Shown: positions 9,964 through 20,905, counted from the first letter of the stretch. The stretch: DNA of 64,000 nucleotides from Leptolyngbyaceae cyanobacterium (GCA_050331235.1 JBHJHA010000011.1:1-64000); one strand, 5' to 3'. Numbers and translations are program-made. The notes: a model not told the origin generated them from the sequence alone.

Positions 9964-10818
9964 CTAATTCACCAGGGGCGACTCGACGTTGTGCAGCGAT
10001 CGCAACCAAGCTGCTAACTGTAAGCCATATTCCTCGCCGGCAATATCGCGCACGTCGTTGTGATCGGCCCGGGGCACCAACCAAATTTGTTTATCCCCTG
10101 GCTTAGCGTCATAAAGCCGCTGACTCATCCATGCCGGCACGGTAGCATCAGCGTCACCGTGGATAAAAAATATCGGCAGCGTTAGACGGACAATTTTGTC
10201 TAATGAAGCAAATCGCTGATTAAGGAGCCATTTCGGAACAATGCGGCTGTAGCCCACCTGATCCATCATGTCTGCCATGGAGGTAAAGGTGGATTGGATG
10301 ATAAGTCCCGCTGCGGTTGGATAATGAGTGGCCAGATCAATGGCGATCGCGCCCCCGATAGAGTGACCAAAAACCACAATATCCGCTGCCGCAATCCCCC
10401 GTGTTGTAGTGAGGTATTGCCAAGCCGCCACAGCATCTTCATAGACCTGGGCCTCATTAGGAAGGGGACCTCGACTAAAACCGTAGCCTCGATAGTCAAT
10501 GACGAGTGCTGATAATCCCGCGTTGAGCAGCGGTAGCACCTGCCGCAAGCCCCCTTCAACATTGCTAGCGTTGCCGTGAAGACTCAAAACCGTTTTGGCA
10601 TCTCCCCGCTCAGCCGGTATCCACCAGCCATGCACGCGATCGTCTCCAACGGCAATCCACACGTCCTCATAGTTCAAACCCACCATCGCTGGCGTCGCCG
10701 TGGGCGCTGGCTGCGGAAAAAAGATGAGCCGGGCTTGACCAAGCCATAGGGCAGCACAAAAAGCGATGTAGGCGATTGCGATCAAGCTCAAAAGCCCCGA
10801 CACCAGTTTCAGCACCAC
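9964..10818 (-). CDS. Alpha/beta hydrolase with N-terminal TM anchor
   Basis: Motifs HGNA, DYRGYG, GHSIGG nucleophile elbow, HGDAD and ADHN. Confidence 0.9.
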   Translation of the reverse strand: MVLKLVSGLLSLIAIAYIAFCAALWLGQARLIFFPQPAPTATPAMVGLNYEDVWIAVGDDRVHGWWIPAERGDAKTVLSLHGNASNVEGGLRQVLPLLNAGLSALVIDYRGYGFSRGPLPNEAQVYEDAVAAWQYLTTTRGIAAADIVVFGHSIGGAIAIDLATHYPTAAGLIIQSTFTSMADMMDQVGYSRIVPKWLLNQRFASLDKIVRLTLPIFFIHGDADATVPAWMSQRLYDAKPGDKQIWLVPRADHNDVRDIAGEEYGLQLAAWLRSLHNVESPLVN

Positions 10819-10906
10819 GCTCGCTCCTAGGGTTACGCCTCCCGCCTGTTCGCTAGCTTAGCGTGCGTAATCAAATAAAGACGATAGGCAAATTTGCCAA
10901 CGATAC

Positions 10907-12358
10907 CTAGCCCAGTTGCGGCGACTGATGATGCCATTCCGTAGCCTGTTCGTAGGCGTAGCCCAACTCAAACAAAGTTTGCTCTTGGAGTACATTGCCG
11001 ATGAGTTGGAGCCCAATGGGGAGACCTGAGTCACTAAATCCACAGGGAATACTCATGCCCGGTAACCCGGCCAAATTAACAGGAATCGTCATTAAATCGA
11101 TGAGATACATGCTGAGAGGATCCTCTCTCGTACCCGCTTCAAAGGCTGGGGTCGGGGATGTCGGGCAGATCAAGGCATCCACTTCGGCAAAAGCCGCTTC
11201 AAAGTCACGCTTGATTAACGTGCGGACCTTCTGCGCTTTGAGGTAGTACGCATCGTAATAGCCTGCCGACAGGGCATAGGTGCCAATCATGATGCGGCGC
11301 TTGACCTCGGCTCCAAAGCCCTCGGCCCGCGTTTTCGCATACATGCCCACAAGGTTGTCTTCGTCTGCTCGTAGGCCATATTTCACACCGTCATAGCGAG
11401 CCAGGTTAGAAGAGGCCTCGGACGGAGCGATGATGTAATAGCTCGGTAACCCGTAGCGAAAATTAGGACAGGAAATAGTCTTGACCGTGGCCCCCAACGC
11501 TTCAAACTGAGCGATTGCAGCTTTCACGGCCTTATCCGCAGCGGGGTCGAGCCCTTCGCCAAAGGTTTCCTGAATGATGCCAATGGTGCGACCTTGGCAG
11601 TCCAGCCCCGGTTTCAGCGTTTGGGTGTAGTCGGGCACCGCAACCTTGAGGCTAGTAGAGTCACGGGGGTCATGGCCCGCGATCGCCCCTAGCAAAATGG
11701 CGGCGTCCTCAACCGTACGAGCAAAGGGACCAATCTGATCCAGTGATGACGCAAATGCCACCAGCCCAAACCGTGACACCAAACCGTAGGTTGGCTTCAG
11801 CCCGACTACCCCGCAAAAGGACGCCGGCTGACGAATCGAGCCGCCGGTGTCGGACCCTAAGGCAATGGGGCATTCGTCAGCGGCTACGGCGGCGGCTGAT
11901 CCCCCGGAGGAACCGCCCGGCACGCATTGTGGATTCCAGGGATTGCCGGTTGTTTGATAGGCCGAGTTCTCGGTGGAGCTGCCCATGGCAAACTCATCCA
12001 GATTGGTCTTGCCGAGGGCGATCGCCCCTTGGTTTTGCAGGCGCTGAGTTACCGTTGATTCGTAAGGGGGCACAAAGTTTTCGAGCACTTTGGAAGCGCA
12101 AGTCGTCCGAATACCACGGGTACAGAGGTTATCTTTGAGCCCGATCGGAATCCCTTCTAATAAGCCGAGGTCTTCGCCAGCAGCAATTTTTTGATCCACC
12201 GCCTGGGCCTGGGCGATCGCCGCATCTGCGGTCACAGTCAAAAAGCTATGTAACGTTGGCTCCAGTGCCTCAATCCGATCTAAATAGGTTTGGGTAATCT
12301 CAACTGCAGAGCGTTCTTTTTGCGTGAGTTGACGGTGTAACTCGCGAATCAACGACAT
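10907..12358 (-). CDS. gatA: Asp/Glu-tRNA(Asn/Gln) amidotransferase subunit A
   Basis: Amidase signature GGSSGGS and [12 protein letters not shown], plus [22 protein letters not shown]. Confidence 0.97.
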   Translation of the reverse strand: MSLIRELHRQLTQKERSAVEITQTYLDRIEALEPTLHSFLTVTADAAIAQAQAVDQKIAAGEDLGLLEGIPIGLKDNLCTRGIRTTCASKVLENFVPPYESTVTQRLQNQGAIALGKTNLDEFAMGSSTENSAYQTTGNPWNPQCVPGGSSGGSAAAVAADECPIALGSDTGGSIRQPASFCGVVGLKPTYGLVSRFGLVAFASSLDQIGPFARTVEDAAILLGAIAGHDPRDSTSLKVAVPDYTQTLKPGLDCQGRTIGIIQETFGEGLDPAADKAVKAAIAQFEALGATVKTISCPNFRYGLPSYYIIAPSEASSNLARYDGVKYGLRADEDNLVGMYAKTRAEGFGAEVKRRIMIGTYALSAGYYDAYYLKAQKVRTLIKRDFEAAFAEVDALICPTSPTPAFEAGTREDPLSMYLIDLMTIPVNLAGLPGMSIPCGFSDSGLPIGLQLIGNVLQEQTLFELGYAYEQATEWHHQSPQLG

Positions 12359-12680
12359 AGGTGGCCTCAGATTGCGCTGGAATCAGCAATGCATTATCAA
12401 GCTACCAGTATAGGAAAGGACGGCACCTCTCACCGGCTGCCTGAGAAATTGCCTCGCCATCGTTCTCGTTCACTGGTGGTCACTCGTTCACCAGACCCCA
12501 GTGTTACGAGCAAGTCCCATTAGACGCCCTACCGGCAACGCCAGGGGAATAGGCGGTGGGACAGCTTGAGCCTGACTATCGAGAGTCAGAGCGGCAACTT
12601 AGCGCTGGGTCATCAGATTTTCAAATTGGTAGCCGACAGGACACTCAACCGGTCCCCAAACGCGATACCTTGTTTCGCAA

Positions 12681-14069
12681 GTGTGTGGTGTGGGCTTTAG
12701 GGGAGTCGGGGCATTGGTACTAGGGGACAGTCTCAAGAATTCATTGGCTGGGCGCGTATGGAATGTGCCCCTGGTTTTTGGAGCGGGTCTGCTGTCAGGC
12801 ATCGCCGCCACGGTGGCAGTGAGCGCCCTGCGACCCACCCTGACTACTATGTGGCTCCAGCAGCCACCCACCGTAGCGCCGACCGAGCCCGAAACTGCCG
12901 AGGCCACTTCCCCCATTGCCTCTAGCCCCAACCAAACTGTGCCTGATCTCGCCCCCTACTTTACCGATGTCGACGCCGTGCGATTGACCCGAGAGCGGCT
13001 GGAACGGGAGGCGATCGCAGAGGCCAACCTCAAGCGTTCTAAGGAGCTAGCTATTCAGGGTATCGCCGTCCGCGATGCGGGCCGTGAAGATGACGAGGAA
13101 ACCCTAGCCGAACTGCAGCACCAAGCATTTCTGTGGGAGGCCGCACTGCGACAGCTCGACCAGATTCCCGAGGAATCGATGCTGGCGTCAACGGCTGCGG
13201 AGAGACGTCAGGGGTATGAGGCGATCCTTGGTCCCGTCCAAGCCGATATTGAGCAGCTACAGTCCGCCTATCTGGCCGAAATTGCTGAGGCAACCGGGCG
13301 ACCGCACGCAATTCGCATCACAATTTGTCATCTCTCCGGCAAGTGTCACGATTACAAAGGCGATCAGCCGCCCGCAAGTCCGGCTAGCCTGATCAAGCTA
13401 CCGGTCGCCGTGGTCCTCATGAAAAAGGTAGAAGATGAGGGCATCGATCTGGACGAACCGATGTACATCGACTCCCACAACTGGACGGAAAACGCTAACG
13501 GGGCCAAGATTTACATCAAACATGAGTACCCGATCCGCGAAGTAATGGTGCGGATGATCAAAGAGAGTAATAACATCGCTACGAACCAGCTGGCGGACTA
13601 TTTAGGCTGGGAGTACATGGACAAAACCTTGCAGGAATTGGGCTACGAGCAAACCAAGATTCGCACTAAGCTGACGGGCGACAATACTCCCCCCACTCGC
13701 AACCGGGCCGTCGGCCGCAATGTCATGACGACCAACGAGGTCACGGAGATGATGCGCCAGGTTTACACATTTTCGGGTCCTGGCTCTGAGGAAATTTTGG
13801 ATGCCATGGTCGGTCAGTATGATTGGGACTTTGGCTATGCGGCGGTCAACCAGTTGCGTAACAAGCGCGTCGCGTGGATCGGCGAAAAAACTGGGCAAAA
13901 CTCCAACGTGATTGGCAGTTCCACCGCCGTTAAAATTGACGACGAGCGCTATGTGCTCACAGTCACCATTGACAACAGTGCCAACCAAAAAATGCTGCGA
14001 GAGGTGATTGGTAGTACGATTCAGCATATTTTGGACGAAGGCCACCTCGTAGCGCCAAGTCGGTCTTAG
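12681..14069 (+). CDS. Serine hydrolase, class A beta-lactamase-like, with N-terminal TM and helical region (start uncertain)
   Basis: SxxK (PASLIK), SxN (ESNN) and KTG motifs. Confidence 0.85.
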   Translation: MCGVGFRGVGALVLGDSLKNSLAGRVWNVPLVFGAGLLSGIAATVAVSALRPTLTTMWLQQPPTVAPTEPETAEATSPIASSPNQTVPDLAPYFTDVDAVRLTRERLEREAIAEANLKRSKELAIQGIAVRDAGREDDEETLAELQHQAFLWEAALRQLDQIPEESMLASTAAERRQGYEAILGPVQADIEQLQSAYLAEIAEATGRPHAIRITICHLSGKCHDYKGDQPPASPASLIKLPVAVVLMKKVEDEGIDLDEPMYIDSHNWTENANGAKIYIKHEYPIREVMVRMIKESNNIATNQLADYLGWEYMDKTLQELGYEQTKIRTKLTGDNTPPTRNRAVGRNVMTTNEVTEMMRQVYTFSGPGSEEILDAMVGQYDWDFGYAAVNQLRNKRVAWIGEKTGQNSNVIGSSTAVKIDDERYVLTVTIDNSANQKMLREVIGSTIQHILDEGHLVAPSRS

Positions 14070-14430
14070 GACGTCCTGGAAGTCGCCTCATCTTTTCATA
14101 CGGGCGATCGCACCAGTCAGGACGGCTAATTGCCAATCAGAAATCTATGGTCTTTCCAGATCCCGCCGCCGCTGCAGAGGATTGTAGAGCCCAATTTCAT
14201 TATTTTGCTGGGTTGCATACTGCTGCCATAGGTCCAAAGGGAGAAATCTGCCTAAAATAGTGACAAAATCCGATTCTTTTCCTTAATTCACTGTTATCAT
14301 CATTGGCGCTTCTACCCAGAACCTCATGTCCGCGAATTCAGTCCTTGTAATTAGCTAGACTCAATCCCGTATCGAGCTTCTGCCGGGCGATCGCCCCTCT
14401 TTTCAACTCTTTTTTTGAGCTCTCATTAGC

Positions 14431-16968
14431 ATGGTTGACGCCACAGAAAATTTATCTTCTGAACGCCTGGCGACCAAGGCCCTCGCAGCAGCTGGGCAAT
14501 TTCGAGCGATCGCTCTCTGGCTTAACGAGCCGCTAGTGCCCCAAGGGGTTTACGCACAAGTCTGTCAGGACAAGCGCCCCGGCTGTATTCGCATCACCCT
14601 CGAGTTTGAGCGCACGCCTCTGCAAAAGCCCCTCACCCAGTATGTTTGTCATCTCATGTGGCAGTTAAACTCGCCGCTGATTGAGGGCATTCATCTATTG
14701 GCTCGCCCCGTTGGGGAACGGCAGTTGGCTTGGCAGCAGCGCGTTCGCATTGTCACCCCGGCGCTGAAAGCCCGGCTCCAGCGGGAACGGGGACAAGCCC
14801 CGCCAGCTGCCATTATTCCGCCAGCCTTAGTCCAGGGCACTGCCCTGCCGCGTTTTCCGGGGTTCGACCTATCGAAGCTCACGGATCAAATCAAGACGCT
14901 GCGACCATTTATGCTGACTGGCTCGGCTGTGGCCGCGTTTGTCTTTGGCTGCATGATTGAAGTCGTCATGTCGTCGAAACAGGAACCGGCTTTACCCTTT
15001 CAGGCCAAGCAAGAGGCCAACGCCGTGGAGTCAGGGAAAGCTGGTCTAGCACCCAAGGCCCCATCGCGGGAGCCCCAGCTACCTGAGTTTCAAACTGATA
15101 CCAAGACGGTGCTGGCCGACCGCCCCGCTACTGGTCATGCCGGGCAGATAGACACAGCGGTGGCTACGACCTCTGTATCTTACAAAGTGCAACCAGAACG
15201 CGATCGCCCCAATGTAGTGAACGCTGCGCTAGAGCCCGTCGGGGTACTCAAGCATGAACGGTTGTCGGCCCCTCAAGATCCCACCATCACCCTCGCCTTC
15301 GGAGGAGATGTTGATTTAGACGGCCTGCCCTATGGCCAACTCGAATACGATGGTCAGCTGCTATCCGGCTTACCTGGGTATCGTCAGGCGGATTTGGCCA
15401 TGGTGAACCTCCAGGACCCGCTGAGCCGCTCAGCTACGTCTTTAGAAGAGGAACTCTTAGAGCGGCAGCGTCCAGACGCCATCAACTTGCTCAAAGAGGG
15501 CGGCGTCGATTTAGTCAATCTCACCGGGGAAAAAGCTCTCTCCTACGGCGAACAAGGCTTGGCAGAGACCCTCAACACCCTTGATCGCAACGGGATTTTT
15601 CGGGTCGGTGCCGGACGCAGTGCGCGCGAAGCTCGCCGTCCAGAGATTGTTGATGTCAAAGGTCAGCGCATTGCTTACCTCAGCTACGATCGCGATTTCA
15701 CCCTGGCCGCAGAGGCTGATCTGAGTGGCGTCAACGCGGTCGCCATGAAAGATATCATCCAGGATATTCAAGCCATTCGGGACGAAGTTGACTGGTTGAT
15801 TGTCAACTATCGCTGGTCAACAGAACCGCCGGCGACCCCAGCGGAGTCACAAACCAACTTAGCCAGACTTGCGATCGACCAGGGGGCCGACCTTGTCGTG
15901 GGTCACCATCCACAAAAACTCCAGGGCGCAGAGCTTTATAAGGGCCGCCCCATTGCCTACTCCCTAGGGGATTTTGTATTTGGTCAGGCGGCCGAAGCGC
16001 CCACCGCAGAAACGGCGCTACTCCAAGTGGCCCTGCGACCCGGACAGATGAAAGTAGAGCTCGTACCCGTTGAGGTCAAAGCGGGGCAGCCCCAGCAAGC
16101 CAGCGGCCCTCAAGCCGAGCAAATCTTAGCCAAAATTCATGCCGCGTCCCAAGATTTTCGGGAACCGATGCCCGCCTCGGTCGTGTTGGATGTGCGTCCT
16201 GCTGGGGCCGCAGACATCACTCCGGCAGAGGACGACGGCTTTACCGCTGAAGAAGAATCATCACCCGCTCCATCCACAGCCCCTGCTGAACAGCCACTCC
16301 CAGAAGCCGATTTAGAAGCACCGCCATCAGAGCAGGCACCACCAACCGATGCCGCCCCCCCTGAGCCCTTGCCCGCAGAGACTGCCCCGCCGGATCTCGA
16401 AACAGTCCCAGCAGACTCTCACGACATTGAAATTGAAGAATTTTCCGACGATTTGCTTAAGGACTGGGGACCCAAAGACAGTCCCAATACTCTTTATGAG
16501 CCTGAGTCTTCGCTTCCCCCAGATCTCCAGGTAGCCCCTTCAAAGTCGGTTCCAGCGCCAAAACAAGCGCCCTGGCGATCGCCTGAACGAACCTCCCCTA
16601 GCCGCTCCGACGCCCCTCCAGCTTCTCCATCAGTGCCGGTGGCACCTCCATCAGCAACGGACAACCCACCGGCACCAGCCCATGAGACCGTGCCCGCCCC
16701 CCCTCCCGATGACGCGATTGGCCCCTACAGTGAACCGTTAGTCGGACCAATCAGTTCTTTACCAGAGACTGCCCCTGATATGAAACTTGCCCAAGCTCCA
16801 GAGCTTCCACCTGCCAAAGCTCAACCGGGAATGCCCGAGGCGCGCATTTACACCCCCCTCAATCCGGCAGACTCGAGCTCAGCCGAGGCTGTCACAGAGG
16901 ATATCGACCTGCTTGAGGCGATCGCCCAATCTGAGGCGTCCCCATCCCCCCAACCTCCGCCCGACTAG
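14431..16968 (+). CDS. CapA/PGA_cap-family protein with TM segment and long Pro/Glu-rich C-terminus
   Basis: Motifs FGGDV, MVNLQ, GADLVVGHHP, QGAELYKG and YSLG; Pro-rich tail. Confidence 0.85.
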   Translation: MVDATENLSSERLATKALAAAGQFRAIALWLNEPLVPQGVYAQVCQDKRPGCIRITLEFERTPLQKPLTQYVCHLMWQLNSPLIEGIHLLARPVGERQLAWQQRVRIVTPALKARLQRERGQAPPAAIIPPALVQGTALPRFPGFDLSKLTDQIKTLRPFMLTGSAVAAFVFGCMIEVVMSSKQEPALPFQAKQEANAVESGKAGLAPKAPSREPQLPEFQTDTKTVLADRPATGHAGQIDTAVATTSVSYKVQPERDRPNVVNAALEPVGVLKHERLSAPQDPTITLAFGGDVDLDGLPYGQLEYDGQLLSGLPGYRQADLAMVNLQDPLSRSATSLEEELLERQRPDAINLLKEGGVDLVNLTGEKALSYGEQGLAETLNTLDRNGIFRVGAGRSAREARRPEIVDVKGQRIAYLSYDRDFTLAAEADLSGVNAVAMKDIIQDIQAIRDEVDWLIVNYRWSTEPPATPAESQTNLARLAIDQGADLVVGHHPQKLQGAELYKGRPIAYSLGDFVFGQAAEAPTAETALLQVALRPGQMKVELVPVEVKAGQPQQASGPQAEQILAKIHAASQDFREPMPASVVLDVRPAGAADITPAEDDGFTAEEESSPAPSTAPAEQPLPEADLEAPPSEQAPPTDAAPPEPLPAETAPPDLETVPADSHDIEIEEFSDDLLKDWGPKDSPNTLYEPESSLPPDLQVAPSKSVPAPKQAPWRSPERTSPSRSDAPPASPSVPVAPPSATDNPPAPAHETVPAPPPDDAIGPYSEPLVGPISSLPETAPDMKLAQAPELPPAKAQPGMPEARIYTPLNPADSSSAEAVTEDIDLLEAIAQSEASPSPQPPPD

Positions 16969-17092
16969 CGATCGGACTGGTTTTTAGACAGCCCGTGACC
17001 GGCGATCGCTACCGCGGTTGCCTCGTTGGCACGTCTGGGCAGTACACTTCTTGGCGGTTTTCAGCAATCTCAATGGGCGACTGATTTGACGT

Positions 17093-17136
17093 GAAATTTG
17101 TATATCCAATCATTGTTGATTGGATATACAAATTTC
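17093..17136. repeat. Perfect 20-bp inverted repeat with 4-nt spacer
   Basis: GAAATTTGTATATCCAATCA-TTGT-TGATTGGATATACAAATTTC. Confidence 0.95.
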
Positions 17137-17292
17137 CTAAAACGGTTGCATTTTTGCATTTATGCGATACGCTTTGGGCGGAATCAAAACTTTTTTAATT
17201 CCAGTCCTTTTGGCCATTAAGCTGAAGTAATTGTTAACGATATTTCTCGCACAGCAATTGTCGGTGTATCGCGTTTTTCGGAACAAATTCTA

Positions 17293-18030
17293 ATGAACGC
17301 CTCTCATAACTCTGATCCTCAACTCTATTCTGTGGCGAATCCTGGACGGGTTACAGCACCTGCCAATTATTCTCCTTCAGTGCCAATTTCAGTCTATCGA
17401 GAACTCGCTTCTGAGCTGAAAACGACCCAGACCACCCTTGATGCCCTAACGCAGCAAAATCAACAACTCCTCCGACAAAACAAGCTACTGCGCACGGAAA
17501 TTCAACGATTTGTTCAGTCAGCCGAGCAGTTAGGACATTTTGCGGGGGTGATGCCCCAGGATTCTCCGGTTCCACCCCCGGTGGCGGCGGTTGCCGAATC
17601 TGCCGCGGGATTTGCCTTTGCCACTGATGCGTTCTCCGTCCACACCGCCGAGGAAGCAACGTCTGGGCAGCCGGCGGGTCCTGAGCCTGCAGTCAGCTCA
17701 CCGGCGTCTCTCCGAGCCGAGTCGGTATCTCCCCGAGCCGAGTCGGTAGCAGCGGAGTCACAGTCGGCCGCTGATTCGCAGCCGGATCCCCCAGCACCCA
17801 GCGCCATTGTCCATCGTCCCAAAGCCAAAAAGCGCGATCACAAACGTCCCACTGCCGCTGGTCAGCAATACCGGTTGTTTACCGAGCAGCCAGATGAGGG
17901 GCGACCGCTCAGCCGTGTCGCCTCACGCTCGGATCTAGGCAATCTTTGGCTTGCCACCACGATTCTCTTAGTAGTTGTTTCTGCATTTGGTGCTGGCTTT
18001 TTAATCATGCGGCCTTTGCTCAATCGTTAA
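17293..18030 (+). CDS. Hypothetical protein (N-terminal coiled coil, low-complexity linker, C-terminal TM anchor)
   Basis: YSPSVPISVYRELASEL followed by heptads; C-terminal hydrophobic helix LATTILLVVVSAFGAGFLI. Confidence 0.85.
   Translation: MNASHNSDPQLYSVANPGRVTAPANYSPSVPISVYRELASELKTTQTTLDALTQQNQQLLRQNKLLRTEIQRFVQSAEQLGHFAGVMPQDSPVPPPVAAVAESAAGFAFATDAFSVHTAEEATSGQPAGPEPAVSSPASLRAESVSPRAESVAAESQSAADSQPDPPAPSAIVHRPKAKKRDHKRPTAAGQQYRLFTEQPDEGRPLSRVASRSDLGNLWLATTILLVVVSAFGAGFLIMRPLLNR
17707..17748 (+). repeat. In-frame 21-bp tandem duplication
   Basis: TCTCTCCGAGCCGAGTCGGTA / TCTCCCCGAGCCGAGTCGGTA, one mismatch, encoding SLRAESV-SPRAESV. Confidence 0.85.
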
Positions 18031-18166
18031 GTTATTCATCGCGTCGATCAGAGCTTCCCAGACATTCCTCTTTGGTGTGACTGAGCGGCTTTAGGGTTGC
18101 GCGATCGCATTTTTGCCCCATTCATGACCCTAGTCTCTAGCTAGAGAAATTGGAGATCGGTCGAAA

Positions 18167-18182
18167 TGTAGTGGAAATTACA
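18167..18182 (+). promoter_or_regulatory. NtcA-binding site upstream of glnB
   Basis: TGTA-GTGGAAAT-TACA matches GTA-N8-TAC. A -10-like TAGACA lies 23 nt downstream. glnB is a known NtcA target. Confidence 0.85.
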
Positions 18183-18197
18183 GTATTGTGCCTATAG

Positions 18198-18596
<399 letters not shown>

Positions 18597-18619
18597 GGGT
18601 TAACTGCACGGGCAAAATT

Positions 18620-18672
18620 AAAACCTCTGACTGTAAACCCTGGCAAGCCAAGGCAATCAGGCAGAGGTTTTT
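18620..18672 (+). terminator. Stem-loop, probable terminator after glnB
   Basis: AAAACCTCTG...CAGAGGTTTTT outer stem with an inner CCTGGC/GCCAAGG hairpin. Confidence 0.6.
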
Positions 18673-18844
18673 GCTCTTTAGACTCCGGTAATTTATAGCC
18701 GGCAGGCGCGATCGGTAGGGCCAAAGTTTCAGCACAGGGCGGCGACTCCAAAGAGTTATGCCCCGACTGCAATCCTGGATATAGGTCTAATCAAAACTGA
18801 GGCTATTTCCCAGTAGACTAAATCTTTTGCAAGCTTGCGATCCC

Positions 18845-20206
18845 ATGCCTCAAAATGCCGATGAAGCGGTCATCACTCAACGACTAGCTACTTACGCCCG
18901 GTTTGGCGTGCATTTAGGACTGGACCGAGTTCAACGGCTACTGACAGCGCTAGGGCAGCCGCAGACACAGGTTCCGATCATCCATGTAGCAGGCACCAAT
19001 GGTAAAGGCTCCGTTTGTGCCTACCTTGCATCTGTGCTGCGGGAGGCGGGATACCGCGTAGGTCGCTACACGTCCCCTCATTTGGTCAGCTGGTGCGAAC
19101 GCATCGAGATCAATGGTCAGCCGATTAGCGCCATAGACCTGATGCAGGTACTAATCGAGGTTGAGGCAGCGATCGCCCCAGACGAGGAGGGTCCTACCCA
19201 GTTTGAGGTCGTCACAGCTGCTGCCTGGCTCTATTTTGCCCAGCAGTCCGTTGACATTGCGGTCATTGAGGTAGGGCTCGGTGGCCGACTAGATGCGACC
19301 AATGTGGTGGACCATCCCCTCGCCGCCGTGATCACATCCATCAGCCGTGAACATTGGCAGCGATTGGGGCCGACCCTGGCAGATATTGCGCGGGAGAAAG
19401 CAGGTGTCTTGAAACCGCACTGTCCCAGTATTATCGGTCCCTTGCCACCAGAAGCTGAGGCAGTGGTGTTGCACCGAGCAAAAGCTCTTGGTGGCTCGAT
19501 AGTGCGACCAGTGGCCGCTCGCAGAAATGCCCGAGGGGAAGGGATCTATGAGCCGCCCGATGCTTCTGGAGAGGCCTCGCTGAGATATCAATTACCCCTG
19601 CCGGGTATTCATCAACTGACCAATTCGGCGATCGCGATCGCCACCCTGCACATTCTGCGTCAGCAAGGTTGGTCTATCTCTGATACGGCCATCCAATCGG
19701 GCATTGCCAAAGCTCAGTGGCCTGGAAGGTTGCAATGGCTAACCTGGCAGCCCGACGGAGGGCCAGGCTATCCCTGGCTCATCGATGGAGCGCATAATCC
19801 AGCTGCTGCTCAGGTCTTGCGCTCATATATCGATGAACTACAGCAGCCAGATGTTGCTCCGTGGATAGGCGCGGATTTACAGCGCCAGGGATTGGTCCTG
19901 CCCTGCCCGACAACAACGACTTGGCTCATCGGTATGTTGTCAACCAAAGACCATGCTGACGTCTTAAATGCCTTATTGCAGCCTGGAGACCATCTGCATT
20001 TAGTTCCTGTCCCTGACCATACCACCGTGCCACCGGAACAACTCCAGGTGATCGCTCTGCAGGTTTGTCCCAATCTCGCCACCTGCCAAGCCCACACCTC
20101 GCTGAAATCAGGACTGCTAGCCGCCATCGCCCATCAAGATACCCTCAGGGTGCTTTGTGGCTCATTATATTTAATTGGCCATTTCTTTAAGATGGAGTAT
20201 TCATAG
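18845..20206 (+). CDS. folC: Bifunctional folylpolyglutamate synthase/dihydrofolate synthase
   Basis: Motifs HVAGTNGKGS, YTSPHL, EVGLGGRLDATN, WPGR, DGAHN and GSLYL. Confidence 0.95.
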   Translation: MPQNADEAVITQRLATYARFGVHLGLDRVQRLLTALGQPQTQVPIIHVAGTNGKGSVCAYLASVLREAGYRVGRYTSPHLVSWCERIEINGQPISAIDLMQVLIEVEAAIAPDEEGPTQFEVVTAAAWLYFAQQSVDIAVIEVGLGGRLDATNVVDHPLAAVITSISREHWQRLGPTLADIAREKAGVLKPHCPSIIGPLPPEAEAVVLHRAKALGGSIVRPVAARRNARGEGIYEPPDASGEASLRYQLPLPGIHQLTNSAIAIATLHILRQQGWSISDTAIQSGIAKAQWPGRLQWLTWQPDGGPGYPWLIDGAHNPAAAQVLRSYIDELQQPDVAPWIGADLQRQGLVLPCPTTTTWLIGMLSTKDHADVLNALLQPGDHLHLVPVPDHTTVPPEQLQVIALQVCPNLATCQAHTSLKSGLLAAIAHQDTLRVLCGSLYLIGHFFKMEYS

Positions 20207-20905
20207 CTCGCTTTTGAAGGATCTGAAAGTAATCAGGATAATGATCAGAGCCTTATCCAGCAGTCTTTCTGATTACTTAGAAATTAGTCAGCGTTCGCAT
20301 ATCTAAATCTTTGGCGCAATGCACTCTGCCTTAAATATTTCAGCCGCGGGTCAATATTGTTGTATAGACGTCCTACTGCGAACCATAGCCAGGTTTTGTC
20401 GCCAATCATCCCGGATTGCTTGTAGCCAGGTCCTGACCTGACCTGGCTCCCTGCTGCTTCTAACTTCTGCCGTGGCCAGCGAGGTCGACAATCATGAGCT
20501 CTCCGCAAAATAGGCGATGTTTGTCTGTAGACTTCGTGAAGTTCAGGCTTAAGGGTTGCAGAAAATACTGGGAAAAGCCAAATTTAAAACGTTGCAGCTC
20601 GGTAACATTACTGTCCCATTCTCGTCTGGCTAATTAATGATTTCTGCCAGTCGCAAGTATTTCCGTAATGACGCCAAAGTTCCCCGTAGGTTTACGCAGC
20701 TGTATTGTCATGAGGTCGTCTGAGTCGTCACTCTTCCCTTTGTGAACCAAGGGTCGTCGTGACGTTGCTTCTGTCTGAGGGTGCATGGAAAAAGGCTCAA
20801 GTGGTAGGTCAAGCTAGAGTCCTACGATTTTGCGCTTCGTTCTGAATTCATCGGAACGGCTGGAGAGTTATTGCGTCAACTTATTTCGTGGACTTAAGGG
20901 TAGAT

